Source: a virus
Length of the DNA stretch: 64,000 bases
Reading direction: 5' to 3' (one strand)
IMG/VR virus record: IMGVR_UViG_3300027917_000032
Location: 23,929-87,928 of that record
Every line of letters starts with the position of its first letter. Position 1 is the stretch's first letter. The position numbers and the translations under genes are program-made. Of this stretch, positions 37,701-45,698 are shown piece after piece. The notes under the pieces were generated by a model. It saw only the letters and a program-made list of their open reading frames with translations, was not told the DNA's origin and searched no databases.

Positions 37701-39021
37701 TTTCTTCGAGAGCTTTTGACGTAGCATTAGTGCTGTTCTGCATCTGCTCCATCGCTTCCTCAAGAGCAGTCGCGCCGTCGGTTGTCAAGTTCAACGCACC
37801 GACCAACGCCCTTACGCGCCCAAGCAAATCAGCGAACTCTTTGTCATTCCCAGACGTAGCATCCTGCATTTTCAGCAAAACCTCACGCAAACCGCCAAAA
37901 CGACGGATCGCCTCCGGTCCTGTCCGAACACCCCATTCTTCATACAGGTCTTGCAGCCCCATAGTAGGTCGTAAGAGCTTCTGCGATACTTGCGTCAACT
38001 GGGTGATAGCTGTGTGTGCAGGAACACCTTTTTGCGTGATGGCCGCAATTGACGCAGCCATTTCTTCAAAGCTAATACCCAGTGTTGCGGTCAGAGGAGA
38101 AACGCGACCAAGGACACTTCCAAATTCATTCAGTCGCAACCGACCTAACTCAATGGTCTTGAAGAGTACATTAGAAACATGCTCTGTCTCGGCTACGTCG
38201 AGGTTATAGCTATTCATCACCGAAGACAGCGCATTAACCGCGTCTTTCAATTCTGAATTGGTGGCGATAGCTAATTCAGCCGCTTTGGCTTCAAACCGAA
38301 GCGCATCACCAGCTTCAACAACTTGGTTTGATAAGGTTTGGTACAAACCTTCAGCCACTTCCAGCGCGGGCTCACCTAGCGAACGGGCCAAGTCTTTCAC
38401 AGACTGATTCAATTGATCCATGTTGCCCAAATCACCACCAGATATGGTGAACGCTTCCGCCACAGCAATAGAGAAATCCTGGGCGGTCACGGTCGCCTCA
38501 CGGAACGAGGCGACGATTGCGCTCAGCGCACGAACGATTGCTTGAGCCGCGATGATGCGCCCCACAGTTCTCCAGGAGAGTGTGATTCCTTCTCCGGCCC
38601 GCTTACCCTCTTCGCCCACCTTCTTGAAGCCAAGCCCCAGATGAGCGAGCGAGTTCGCCCCTTGTTTAGAGGCAGTCACGGTCTGTTGGACAGCGGCACT
38701 TGTAGACACCGATGCCGTGCCAAGCCGCCCCGCATTTTGGGCCGCTTCCAGAGCTTTGTTCCCATAACCGGTTAACCCACTGATAGCACTGTTAGCTTGC
38801 GTGGATAACGTCGTCATGGTGGCACCAGCCGATTTAGCTGAGCCCGACAACTGCTTCATGGTCCGCGAGACGGGGGCTGCACTGGCGTTAAACCGGTCCA
38901 TAGCGCCAGAAGTGGTCTGCAAGGTTGACTGGAACTTAGCCAGTTCTACTTGCAACCGGGCCAACTCTTGCACCGCTTTTGAAGCGTCAAAGCCTAGTTT
39001 CTGGGTAATTTCGTTAGGCAT
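34720..39021 (-). CDS. tail tape measure protein
   Basis: 1433 aa, Ala-rich helical, TP901-like core, C-terminal GTDTIPAMLSPGEFV. Confidence 0.92.
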   Translation of the reverse strand: MPNEITQKLGFDASKAVQELARLQVELAKFQSTLQTTSGAMDRFNASAAPVSRTMKQLSGSAKSAGATMTTLSTQANSAISGLTGYGNKALEAAQNAGRLGTASVSTSAAVQQTVTASKQGANSLAHLGLGFKKVGEEGKRAGEGITLSWRTVGRIIAAQAIVRALSAIVASFREATVTAQDFSIAVAEAFTISGGDLGNMDQLNQSVKDLARSLGEPALEVAEGLYQTLSNQVVEAGDALRFEAKAAELAIATNSELKDAVNALSSVMNSYNLDVAETEHVSNVLFKTIELGRLRLNEFGSVLGRVSPLTATLGISFEEMAASIAAITQKGVPAHTAITQLTQVSQKLLRPTMGLQDLYEEWGVRTGPEAIRRFGGLREVLLKMQDATSGNDKEFADLLGRVRALVGALNLTTDGATALEEAMEQMQNSTNATSKALEEMRSSSGRRQVEAWQRLKTTMIGAGEAILSVLTPVIEALDWMIRNMDLLKVAAVGAVSGLVGVRLAAAQSAAAMAGATASAGVLKTALASLAPVAIAMLAALAAVELTKWLTESSGEAEALVNDLIAEEKRLTDEHDRQASARIQKTNQEFVARRKATADYFSAVALEYQKDFKRLQIQSKVIGETLEGIVDTIFSKREDAIKAIEKAGTAADSAIKTSMQEVADTQEAIAEASFKSETRRLSDRNKFWVTLKRAEEEATKARQAYAKVGANEERATAARELSHIAEKRAQEALAQAERLSNVGLIRQAEEDLAKIRGDRIKAETQFQIDREKAQSAASKEQIRALKESGIASQETVKALIEEYERLNETEPKSMKELEERAERSKALMEDLRAELDRSFDFDVFEQMGIVEGVSNLKDGITDALSKADLDYDRMINTFAAKLNATDFRANITLSITNEGFLQAYIDQFGEINVLGDSVKTAEQIAQTAEKIIKEHDAAASAVDRNMKALDAQLKTAKELSEVDTSTRLSRFLDRLGEFRISGGVGAGFDATIDPEKERLSYAEQYNESLIKSIEIVRTAAAERRGLTEAEATYLNEVYQYGRQLQETGRITTEEAKAGAEAWRSVATAAQTLGDTLGGISQVDILGPQAEEARRKLDDINEKFGAGAAAQQEMTEAAKGTTEQLEASRQAQASLPAATATATQALAAQAGQAEAVRTELEAATAAQNAILQPAAPVAPPVAPPVAPQPPSITSTEFEAQAAAAERVNEKVNTLRTIYNGINPYIKEATSSTQATAEAVRQTSINAGMLVNPFMETTTQIKQTEQAAAGTNQQVLSTVSSTNQLATATSTWNTQLQNSVQLAGTASQAMQVTAQSALQAAEACAQASGYCSGGAVTAAKGGRFFAIGGRGTDTIPAMLSPGEFVINARSARNFFPQLQAINAGQQPVYREQGGSVTNVGDINVTVQGGDNSQQTIREIAHGLRREISRGTIKLT

Positions 39022-39536
39022 CAGCTAACCTTGACTTTCTTGAGGAACTTGAACGGGTTTGGAAGTTCCGTGAAGCGTGTGAAATCTTCAAACGCTTTCT
39101 GTCCCTTCTCTTGAAAGTGATACGGAGTGGGGTTAGTTAATCCACGCGGCGAGAACACGTTAGGGGCTTGACCGTAGACAACGTGATTATACTCATTGTA
39201 TGCCAGGTAGCGCAGCGTCGTATGGTACTTAAAATACCACCGCGAGTTACCGGGGTCGAGTTCTAATCCGCTGCCTTGACTTGTAGACAATCCCAATCCC
39301 GCACGATCTTTGCGACTTTTTTGCTCGCCATAAGGAATTGCAGTGCCGAGTTCTCGGGCAAGTTTTTGGAACGTGGCCCTTGACGCTTTAGACCATGTTG
39401 GAATAATAGCAAGCACAGTAGCATGGAGCCACTCGACACCGGCCTGCTTTAGCCAGTCTTCCATGTAGGAGTTAAAGAACCGCTTGTATCCGGCTAGGTC
39501 TAACTCCAATGCTACGAATTTGTGCGTAAACTTCAT
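39021..39536 (-). CDS. putative tail completion protein (HK97 gp10-like)
   Basis: IPTWSKASRATF and YLAYNEY resemble the gp10 PVxTGxLR / YAxYxE motifs. Confidence 0.45.
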   Translation of the reverse strand: MKFTHKFVALELDLAGYKRFFNSYMEDWLKQAGVEWLHATVLAIIPTWSKASRATFQKLARELGTAIPYGEQKSRKDRAGLGLSTSQGSGLELDPGNSRWYFKYHTTLRYLAYNEYNHVVYGQAPNVFSPRGLTNPTPYHFQEKGQKAFEDFTRFTELPNPFKFLKKVKVS

Positions 39537-39802
39537 CGGCGTCTCCGTCTCGATACTGGTTTTGGTTTTCCTTTGCCAAAACCAGCGAGTGCCTTCCGTT
39601 CTTCAAGCTCGTCGTATTCACGAACCTGATTAAAAGCGATGATGCGTGCTTGAGTGATTACATCACAATCATCCCACGCTGCTTTCACGCCGGGCGGGCG
39701 CACTCCTAATCGCTCGCAACCTCGCCAGATGGCGTATTCGCCGGTTCGGTTTGGAGGCCAGAGGATTCTTTTGCCGCCTCCGCCTCCCCACGTAGAAAAA
39801 CC
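39533..39802 (-). CDS. tail assembly chaperone frameshift extension (gpT-like)
   Basis: -1 frame open from GGTTTTT to TGA overlapping the next ATG; no good independent start. Confidence 0.7.
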   Translation of the reverse strand, partial: GFSTWGGGGGKRILWPPNRTGEYAIWRGCERLGVRPPGVKAAWDDCDVITQARIIAFNQVREYDELEERKALAGFGKGKPKPVSRRRRR

Positions 39803-40230
39803 TCACGGGCTTCCTTCAGCTTGCTTTCATCCAAAGCATTTGCCGCCATCACACAGCGAACGACACGATTTACTTCGGTGTCAGCTAGGCCCGCTTCCCG
39901 CAACTCTTTTTCCCAATTCTTCCATGTCTTAGGATTGTCCAACGTCACGGTTTCCCACTCAATGTCGCTCGGAACAAGCGACTTAATGCACATATAGGCA
40001 AACCGCTGTTCGTTGTAGTTTGTCAACTTCTGCAAGTACGTTTCATCCTCCAGTTGTGGAATCATACCTTCCTTGGTCAGCACACCAGGAGCCTTGGGCA
40101 CCGGCACAAGAGCTTCAAACTCATCCATGCTTGTAACCGCACGCGCACGGAAAACAATGTTGCCCTCGGGACGCGGAAGAACCAAGATTTCTTCGTTCGG
40201 TCCATTAAGGATAGATCGACCAATTCGCAT
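39706..40230 (-). CDS. tail assembly chaperone (gpG-like)
   Basis: directly after major tail protein; slippery G GTT TTT at 39796-39802. Confidence 0.75.
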   Translation of the reverse strand: MRIGRSILNGPNEEILVLPRPEGNIVFRARAVTSMDEFEALVPVPKAPGVLTKEGMIPQLEDETYLQKLTNYNEQRFAYMCIKSLVPSDIEWETVTLDNPKTWKNWEKELREAGLADTEVNRVVRCVMAANALDESKLKEAREVFLRGEAEAAKESSGLQTEPANTPSGEVASD

Positions 40231-40248
40231 GTTTTATCTCCCTCTAGT

Positions 40249-40280
40249 GAAAAATTGGGGCGGGCGGGTATGCCCGCCCC
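40249..40280 (-). terminator. intrinsic terminator after major tail gene
   Basis: GGGGCGGGC/GCCCGCCCC then AATTTTT. Confidence 0.75.
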
Positions 40281-40294
40281 TTGAAACTCACAGC

Positions 40295-41047
40295 TTACGA
40301 GCAGTCAGTGTTGTTGCTTCGCGTGATTGTAGCCTCGCTAGCATTACACCGGCCAGTCACCGCAATAGTAGCTTCACCCAGGTCGAACTCAAGTGTCTCC
40401 CAACGGAAGTCAGGGAACACAACATCCTCATCCTCCACGTTTCCGCAAGGAACGCAGTGAAGGATTCGCATATCGACCGCATAGGGTTCACACAAGTCGC
40501 TTGAACTAGACACCCATTCAGCCGCCCCGCCTGTGCCTTTGACGGCATCGACAGCGGTAACAGTCTCACCGGTGCCCGTCTTGATTTGCTCATAGACAAA
40601 TTCAAGCGAGACTTCAAGCGGTTGCTCATCGCCTTCACGAACGGTATCAAGGTCGCCCCGATCCAGAAGGTACTCGTATTCCTTGGATTCTGTCCAAGTG
40701 ACGTTACCTTCACCGACTGTCACTTCCATCTGTTGAGACTGGAATGTAATGACGTCGTTTTGCGCAGGGGTGTTAGCGCCCCACGCCGGGGTAAACTCAA
40801 TGTTGTTCGTCGGGCTAGTCGTAGTAGGCGTCCGAGCCGTGACCGTATAAACGGTCGTGTTGTTAACCGTATTGACTGTGAAGCGAGCCCCAACCGGCAC
40901 CAACTGGGTGTCGGACGAGTTCAGGTTGACGGTGTTAATATCCGTATCCGTGTCCGTCGCACCCGGAGACGCTTCGGCAATATTGGCCGTGCCACTCAGT
41001 CCATCCTTCAAAAGAATGGTGGCATTTCGTAGCTCAATTCGGGCCAT
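40295..41047 (-). CDS. major tail (tube) protein
   Basis: position, acidic/Thr-rich composition, followed by terminator and chaperone. Confidence 0.7.
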   Translation of the reverse strand: MARIELRNATILLKDGLSGTANIAEASPGATDTDTDINTVNLNSSDTQLVPVGARFTVNTVNNTTVYTVTARTPTTTSPTNNIEFTPAWGANTPAQNDVITFQSQQMEVTVGEGNVTWTESKEYEYLLDRGDLDTVREGDEQPLEVSLEFVYEQIKTGTGETVTAVDAVKGTGGAAEWVSSSSDLCEPYAVDMRILHCVPCGNVEDEDVVFPDFRWETLEFDLGEATIAVTGRCNASEATITRSNNTDCS

Positions 41048-41070
41048 AATAAGCCTCCTTTATTCTCGGG

Positions 41071-41553
41071 TTACATCGAAAGGTACATCTCAAATCGGCC
41101 GTCCACAACAGCCTGTCGAATCCGATCTTCTCGACTTACTTGACCAAAGTGGATCAAGCGTACTGGTTCGCTAAAACCTTTTCGTTGAGTGAGGCAGCCA
41201 ATAAGACTGTCATCATCTTCAACACCAGCACCAAGTCGATAGACTGGGATAGGTTCCAACATCGCGGCAAGGAAAGCGCCGCCCCAGTCGTGAATGTCAT
41301 ACGCTCCTTCCGTTGACATTTTCATTTGGTCTGTTAGCATGACGTTTACATCAACGTGAATCCGCCAGTAGCCGTTACTTACTTCCCGGATGAAGGGGCC
41401 GCTCAGCCGTAGCTCAGCGTGTTCAGCAAGCATAGTGCCTGAATCCCGTTCATCGACGCCTTCAACAAAATAGGTTAAGCCGATAGTGTCGGCCACCGTT
41501 TTGAAGTAGACGTTGATCGAAGCCGCAGTCCACCGAGCAAGATTCTCGTTCAT
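41071..41553 (-). CDS. putative tail terminator
   Basis: synteny. Confidence 0.5.
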   Translation of the reverse strand: MNENLARWTAASINVYFKTVADTIGLTYFVEGVDERDSGTMLAEHAELRLSGPFIREVSNGYWRIHVDVNVMLTDQMKMSTEGAYDIHDWGGAFLAAMLEPIPVYRLGAGVEDDDSLIGCLTQRKGFSEPVRLIHFGQVSREDRIRQAVVDGRFEMYLSM

Positions 41554-42050
41554 TATGTAACCTCATGCTCAACATCAAGCAAATCTTCCACCTTCATGTG
41601 GATGATCTGTTCTGGGCGTACACCCTTTACTTCCTTACCCACAATGATCCAAGCCGTATGCTGCTCAAATTCACTGATGCTTTTAATATCGTAACGGCGA
41701 CCGTTGTAAGTCAACCAGTCATCCATTACAATCTCATAAGAATCAGGCAGGTCGCGGGTGTCAAGAATGAACGTCCGTGTTCCAGCATCGTATGTCCCGC
41801 CGTAGACAAACATCTTGTTAGCCGAAATTGCGGAAATTCCTTGGACGACTTCCCGCTTTATTTGTACGGGAAGTACAATAGCTTTTCTAACTGTTGTGAC
41901 AGTTCTGGTGTACGTTTTCACGCCCGTTTCATAATCCGTGGCTGCCGCGCCGAGTTTATAAACATCGACACGACCACCATACTGTCTCTTCAGACTGTAT
42001 AGTGTGCGCCGGATAAAACGGTTCATTTGACGATTCACACCGCTAGCCAT
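41553..42050 (-). CDS. putative head closure/stopper protein
   Basis: DYETG...YNGRRYDI pattern, synteny. Confidence 0.55.
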   Translation of the reverse strand: MASGVNRQMNRFIRRTLYSLKRQYGGRVDVYKLGAAATDYETGVKTYTRTVTTVRKAIVLPVQIKREVVQGISAISANKMFVYGGTYDAGTRTFILDTRDLPDSYEIVMDDWLTYNGRRYDIKSISEFEQHTAWIIVGKEVKGVRPEQIIHMKVEDLLDVEHEVT

Positions 42051-42360
42051 CGCTTCTCATCCTCGGGGGTGCTTCCTGATCTTCGACATACGGACAGCGA
42101 TCACATAATCGCTCCGTCGCCCGAGCTACCCAACTCAAACATTCGGCATTTTGAGCTAAGGCCGTTGTTGAACGTTCAACGAGATTTACCAAAGTTTCAC
42201 GTTGGTAGTCTTCGAGTTTTTCAACTCGATTTGACAGGGCATCTTCGCGTTTCCAATCGCGCCAGATAAAAAACAACACGATACCGACCAGCGGGCCAAA
42301 ATTTGCGGCCAACTGCGTCAGAATATCGGCTCCAGTCGTTGTTGCAAAAAGATGCTCCAT
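42043..42360 (-). CDS. single-TM holin-like membrane protein
   Basis: FGPLVGIVLFFIW followed by coiled coil. Confidence 0.45.
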   Translation of the reverse strand: MEHLFATTTGADILTQLAANFGPLVGIVLFFIWRDWKREDALSNRVEKLEDYQRETLVNLVERSTTALAQNAECLSWVARATERLCDRCPYVEDQEAPPRMRSDG

Positions 42361-42380
42361 GATAGACTCCAGGGTTAGAA

Positions 42381-42406
42381 ACCGGGCGGGACGTGCCCCG
42401 CCCGGT
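42381..42406 (-). terminator. intrinsic terminator after capsid gene
   Basis: ACCGGGCGGG/CCCGCCCGGT then TTCT on the minus strand. Confidence 0.7.
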
Positions 42407-42419
42407 AATCACGTCAAAC

Positions 42420-43838
42420 TTACGCAAGCAGCACGCAACCCAGGTCTTCATCGAGCAGCGCGACGCCGCAAAGCAGGTCGAGCGTAACGATAGTACCTTG
42501 GCTGGTAATATCGTACTGCATGGTCACACGCATGGCAACGTCGTTGTACGCACCGACGCTGGACCGGACACCCAGAGCGGTGTTCGGCAGCGACAGCGGA
42601 CGGCTGACGAAAGCCAGCGCATTCCGATGGAACGCGAGGTTCATGGACCCAGACGGGCCAGGGAACGCATCCTGGTTGTCAACCAGAGCGACCTCAAGCG
42701 GCCGATCCAGAAGCACCTTCGTATCATTCCCATCAGCCTCAGTGCTGATGACTGTATAGGTCCGACGATTGGCACCCACGCCAAACGCAAGCAGTTGGCC
42801 CTGCGAGACGTAGGTGGCATTACCACCCGCACCCTGCGACTCAAGTTGAATCTGCTTGGAGTAGCCAGCAGCATACCCCGCAGCATTATCAACCTGGCAA
42901 GCCTTGTAGACTGTGACCGCAGCGTTAGCCGCAACCGCAGACTCCAGACCGCTCACAAGCACGATGCTGTTGGTGTTTGTGCCGTCGTCCGTAGCACTGG
43001 AAATCACATGGGGCTTCCCTTCCGTGGCGACTGTGACGAACTCACCGTCAATCGCTGCGTAGTTAAGCACCACGCAGTTAAGGGTCGTCTCGCCAACGGG
43101 CTCCACTTCCTGCATCTCGCCGTCAACGTAATCCGTCGCGGACTTCAACGTGTAAGGCACGTTTTGATCCATGTAGGTATCAAACCCGAGCACACGACCG
43201 AGACTGGCATCCCGCAGAGCGGTGCCGTCGTCGCCACGCTTCTCAGCGCTGATGAACAACTCAGTCTTGAGGAGTTCGGTTTCCGCTTGAGGCGAAAGCA
43301 CAAGGTTACGGCCAGAGGCGTAAGCCTTGTTGACATTCATCTTCTCGCGGGCTTCGAGCAGGTAATCCTTGGCGTTGCTCTCGTCCATTTCGCCAAGAGC
43401 GCCAACACGGTTAGCAAGAAACTCATGCGCCTGACCGCACAGAATACGGTCAACCGAGCTAGCCATTTCTTGCGCGGCCGGGTCAAGGTAGTAGTCCACC
43501 AAATCTTGGAAAGACTTACTCGCCTCACCATCCTTGATGGTGAACGTCACATAGATGTGCTGATCCAGCGGAACCTGCACGTTTGTAGCCACCGCATCCT
43601 GGCTCACAACATCGTCTGCGTCCGTCTTACGAGCAGCAACAAACTGATTGGGCCGGCGCGTGTTCACAACGTCGCCAAAGTTGGCAACTTCCATGCTGAA
43701 ATCCCGGTGGACCAAGCGGGCCATGACCATGTTCTCTTCGAGAATCGCAAGACCCTCTTGAGCCCAAAGCTCGGGAATCAGCGCATCGTTGTCGTTGGCG
43801 TAGCAAGCCAACGTCGGAGTGCTGTAAAGCAAATTCAT
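42420..43838 (-). CDS. major capsid protein (P22 gp5-like) with insertion domain
   Basis: IPELWAQE, GDVVNTRRP, GRVLGFDTY, NLAFHRNA, LDLLCGV. Confidence 0.88.
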   Translation of the reverse strand: MNLLYSTPTLACYANDNDALIPELWAQEGLAILEENMVMARLVHRDFSMEVANFGDVVNTRRPNQFVAARKTDADDVVSQDAVATNVQVPLDQHIYVTFTIKDGEASKSFQDLVDYYLDPAAQEMASSVDRILCGQAHEFLANRVGALGEMDESNAKDYLLEAREKMNVNKAYASGRNLVLSPQAETELLKTELFISAEKRGDDGTALRDASLGRVLGFDTYMDQNVPYTLKSATDYVDGEMQEVEPVGETTLNCVVLNYAAIDGEFVTVATEGKPHVISSATDDGTNTNSIVLVSGLESAVAANAAVTVYKACQVDNAAGYAAGYSKQIQLESQGAGGNATYVSQGQLLAFGVGANRRTYTVISTEADGNDTKVLLDRPLEVALVDNQDAFPGPSGSMNLAFHRNALAFVSRPLSLPNTALGVRSSVGAYNDVAMRVTMQYDITSQGTIVTLDLLCGVALLDEDLGCVLLA

Positions 43839-43933
43839 AGCGCTTCTCCTTTGTTAAGATTTAGCCCTTTCACTAGGGCGAGGAAAACAGTTTTCGTCGC
43901 CCACTGGGCAACTTGACAACATGGCCCCTTTCT

Positions 43934-44860
43934 TTAACGCCGCTTGCGAAGTCCCAAGGCTTCAGGGTTTTCCTTACGCAACTTCCGAAACTGCTCAGGC
44001 GTGAGCTTGGCAGGATCAACGCGACCACCATCACCCGATGTAACGCCACCGGTAGCGGAGCCCGATCCGACGCCGCTGACAACATTGGACTTAAAGAGAT
44101 TGCCAAACAAATTTGGCAGTTCCTTCATCCGTTGCACAGCCTCTTCGGGCGTTCTCAAAGTCATTACTTGCTCCCCCGTGGCTTCATCAATGTCGGGGAA
44201 ATCAATCACCGGTGTAAAATCACCGAGGCCGTTGCCCGCTTCATCCGTTCGTTCCTGCATCTTGGTCATCGGACGAAGAAGCCCGACGATTTGATTTGGA
44301 TTGAACGCTTCGGCGGCAATAGCCGCATCTTGGAGTGACCGATCAATTTGCGAACCTTTGTAAAGTGTCTCCCATCGGGACGCACTTTCTTTAAGCTGGC
44401 CCAAATCGCTCTTGAACTTTTCGGCTTGTTGCTTCCGCTCATACTCAAGACGCTGCTTTTCGGTCATTTGCGACTTTCGCAGGTCTTCGAGTTCGGCTTC
44501 CAACTTCTGCCGCTGTTCCAAAGCGAGATTTTTGTCGGCTAGAATCTCTTTGTAGCCCGACTCCAACTTCTTCAGTTTATCTTGGTGCTTTCGCCGGTCT
44601 TCAGCAAGAAACCGATTCAAGTCATCTTGCGTAAATTTAAGGGAAACAGCGTCATCAGCCTCTTGCTTCTTCTGGCGTGCTTCGGCTGCCTTACGCTCTG
44701 CTTCCTTAGCAGCCTCCTCGGCCGCCCGCCTCGCTGCCGTGGCAAAATCACCCAAACCTGTCCCGTCACCATCGCCGTCGCCGTTGCCATCACCATCGCC
44801 GTCGCCATCATAACACGCCAGCGTTGCCAACGACCAGTACAGTTCATTCAACTCGTTCAT
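43934..44860 (-). CDS. capsid scaffolding protein
   Basis: GD repeat, FTQDDLN, coiled coil, C-terminal LTPEQFRKLRK; precedes capsid gene. Confidence 0.8.
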   Translation of the reverse strand: MNELNELYWSLATLACYDGDGDGDGNGDGDGDGTGLGDFATAARRAAEEAAKEAERKAAEARQKKQEADDAVSLKFTQDDLNRFLAEDRRKHQDKLKKLESGYKEILADKNLALEQRQKLEAELEDLRKSQMTEKQRLEYERKQQAEKFKSDLGQLKESASRWETLYKGSQIDRSLQDAAIAAEAFNPNQIVGLLRPMTKMQERTDEAGNGLGDFTPVIDFPDIDEATGEQVMTLRTPEEAVQRMKELPNLFGNLFKSNVVSGVGSGSATGGVTSGDGGRVDPAKLTPEQFRKLRKENPEALGLRKRR

Positions 44861-44879
44861 CGTTCACTCCTAACAAAAG

Positions 44880-45389
44880 CTAGTCAGCCCTGCTTACTCG
44901 TACATCCTCGGAAGACCGCAAAAATGGGCGCAGGTATCTCCATGCTGCGGCGCTTGGAACCCCGTTCATCAGATGTTCAATCTGCGTATGGTTCCGATTA
45001 TACGTTGTTCTTACCGAGGCAATCCCCTGGCTGACCACTCCCAGGTTTTCCAATTCAAGGTCAGGATCAACTCCATCCAGCAGATTATACGCAATCTCCC
45101 AGCACGCAACTTTAATTTCGTGCGGAACATCGGTATCTTCATCTCGCGGGAACTCCAATTCCTGCGATACTTGTGCGGCTCTCAAATCTTCTTCATAGCC
45201 TTCGCCATAATTCTCTTCATCATAGACGGTGGCTTTTTGACCTTTGAAGTTTAGGGCGTCAATGATCGCGGTCGCACGAATCAGCGCCTTTTCACGATCC
45301 GCTGTACTCGCATCCGACCACGCTTCCTCATGGAGCCTGTATGAGAAATATTCATTCGCTTCGGTAATCGTGCCATAGTACGAGTACAT
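44880..45389 (-). CDS. head-tail adaptor (DnaT_2-like)
   Basis: YGTITEANEYF, ALIRAT, QELEFPR. Confidence 0.7.
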   Translation of the reverse strand: MYSYYGTITEANEYFSYRLHEEAWSDASTADREKALIRATAIIDALNFKGQKATVYDEENYGEGYEEDLRAAQVSQELEFPRDEDTDVPHEIKVACWEIAYNLLDGVDPDLELENLGVVSQGIASVRTTYNRNHTQIEHLMNGVPSAAAWRYLRPFLRSSEDVRVSRAD

Positions 45390-45401
45390 AGGAGGCGTCC
45401 T

Positions 45402-45695
45402 TTATACTACGAGAAAACTGTAATCAACATCCGCCACATCTCGAATAACATAAATGAGACGTGGATCAGCGATGGGAAATTCGCAATCGCAGCCAGGGTC
45501 CAGTCTAAACCCCGTGCTAGAAGTTACGCCTTCTTTGCCAACATACATTTTGTTGGCGGCGTCGTGATTTCGTATCTTAACCCCGTAAAAGGCTCTCCAC
45601 GGTTGACTTGTCAAGGCCGACGCTGCGACACCTGCGGTGCCGTTGCCCGTGTAAAAATCCTCTTGGACACTTTCTAAAACTTTTACTGGTTTCAT
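45402..45695 (-). CDS. small virion protein
   Basis: MYVG..VTSSTGFRLDPG jelly-roll-like pattern. Confidence 0.55.
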   Translation of the reverse strand: MKPVKVLESVQEDFYTGNGTAGVAASALTSQPWRAFYGVKIRNHDAANKMYVGKEGVTSSTGFRLDPGCDCEFPIADPRLIYVIRDVADVDYSFLVV

Positions 45696-45698
45696 GGT

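Noticed and set aside
42393-43916. 507-aa same-strand alternate-frame ORF over the capsid gene
   Set aside because: No recognisable motifs; likely a codon-bias shadow, like the antisense ORFs 28519..29826 and 590..1387
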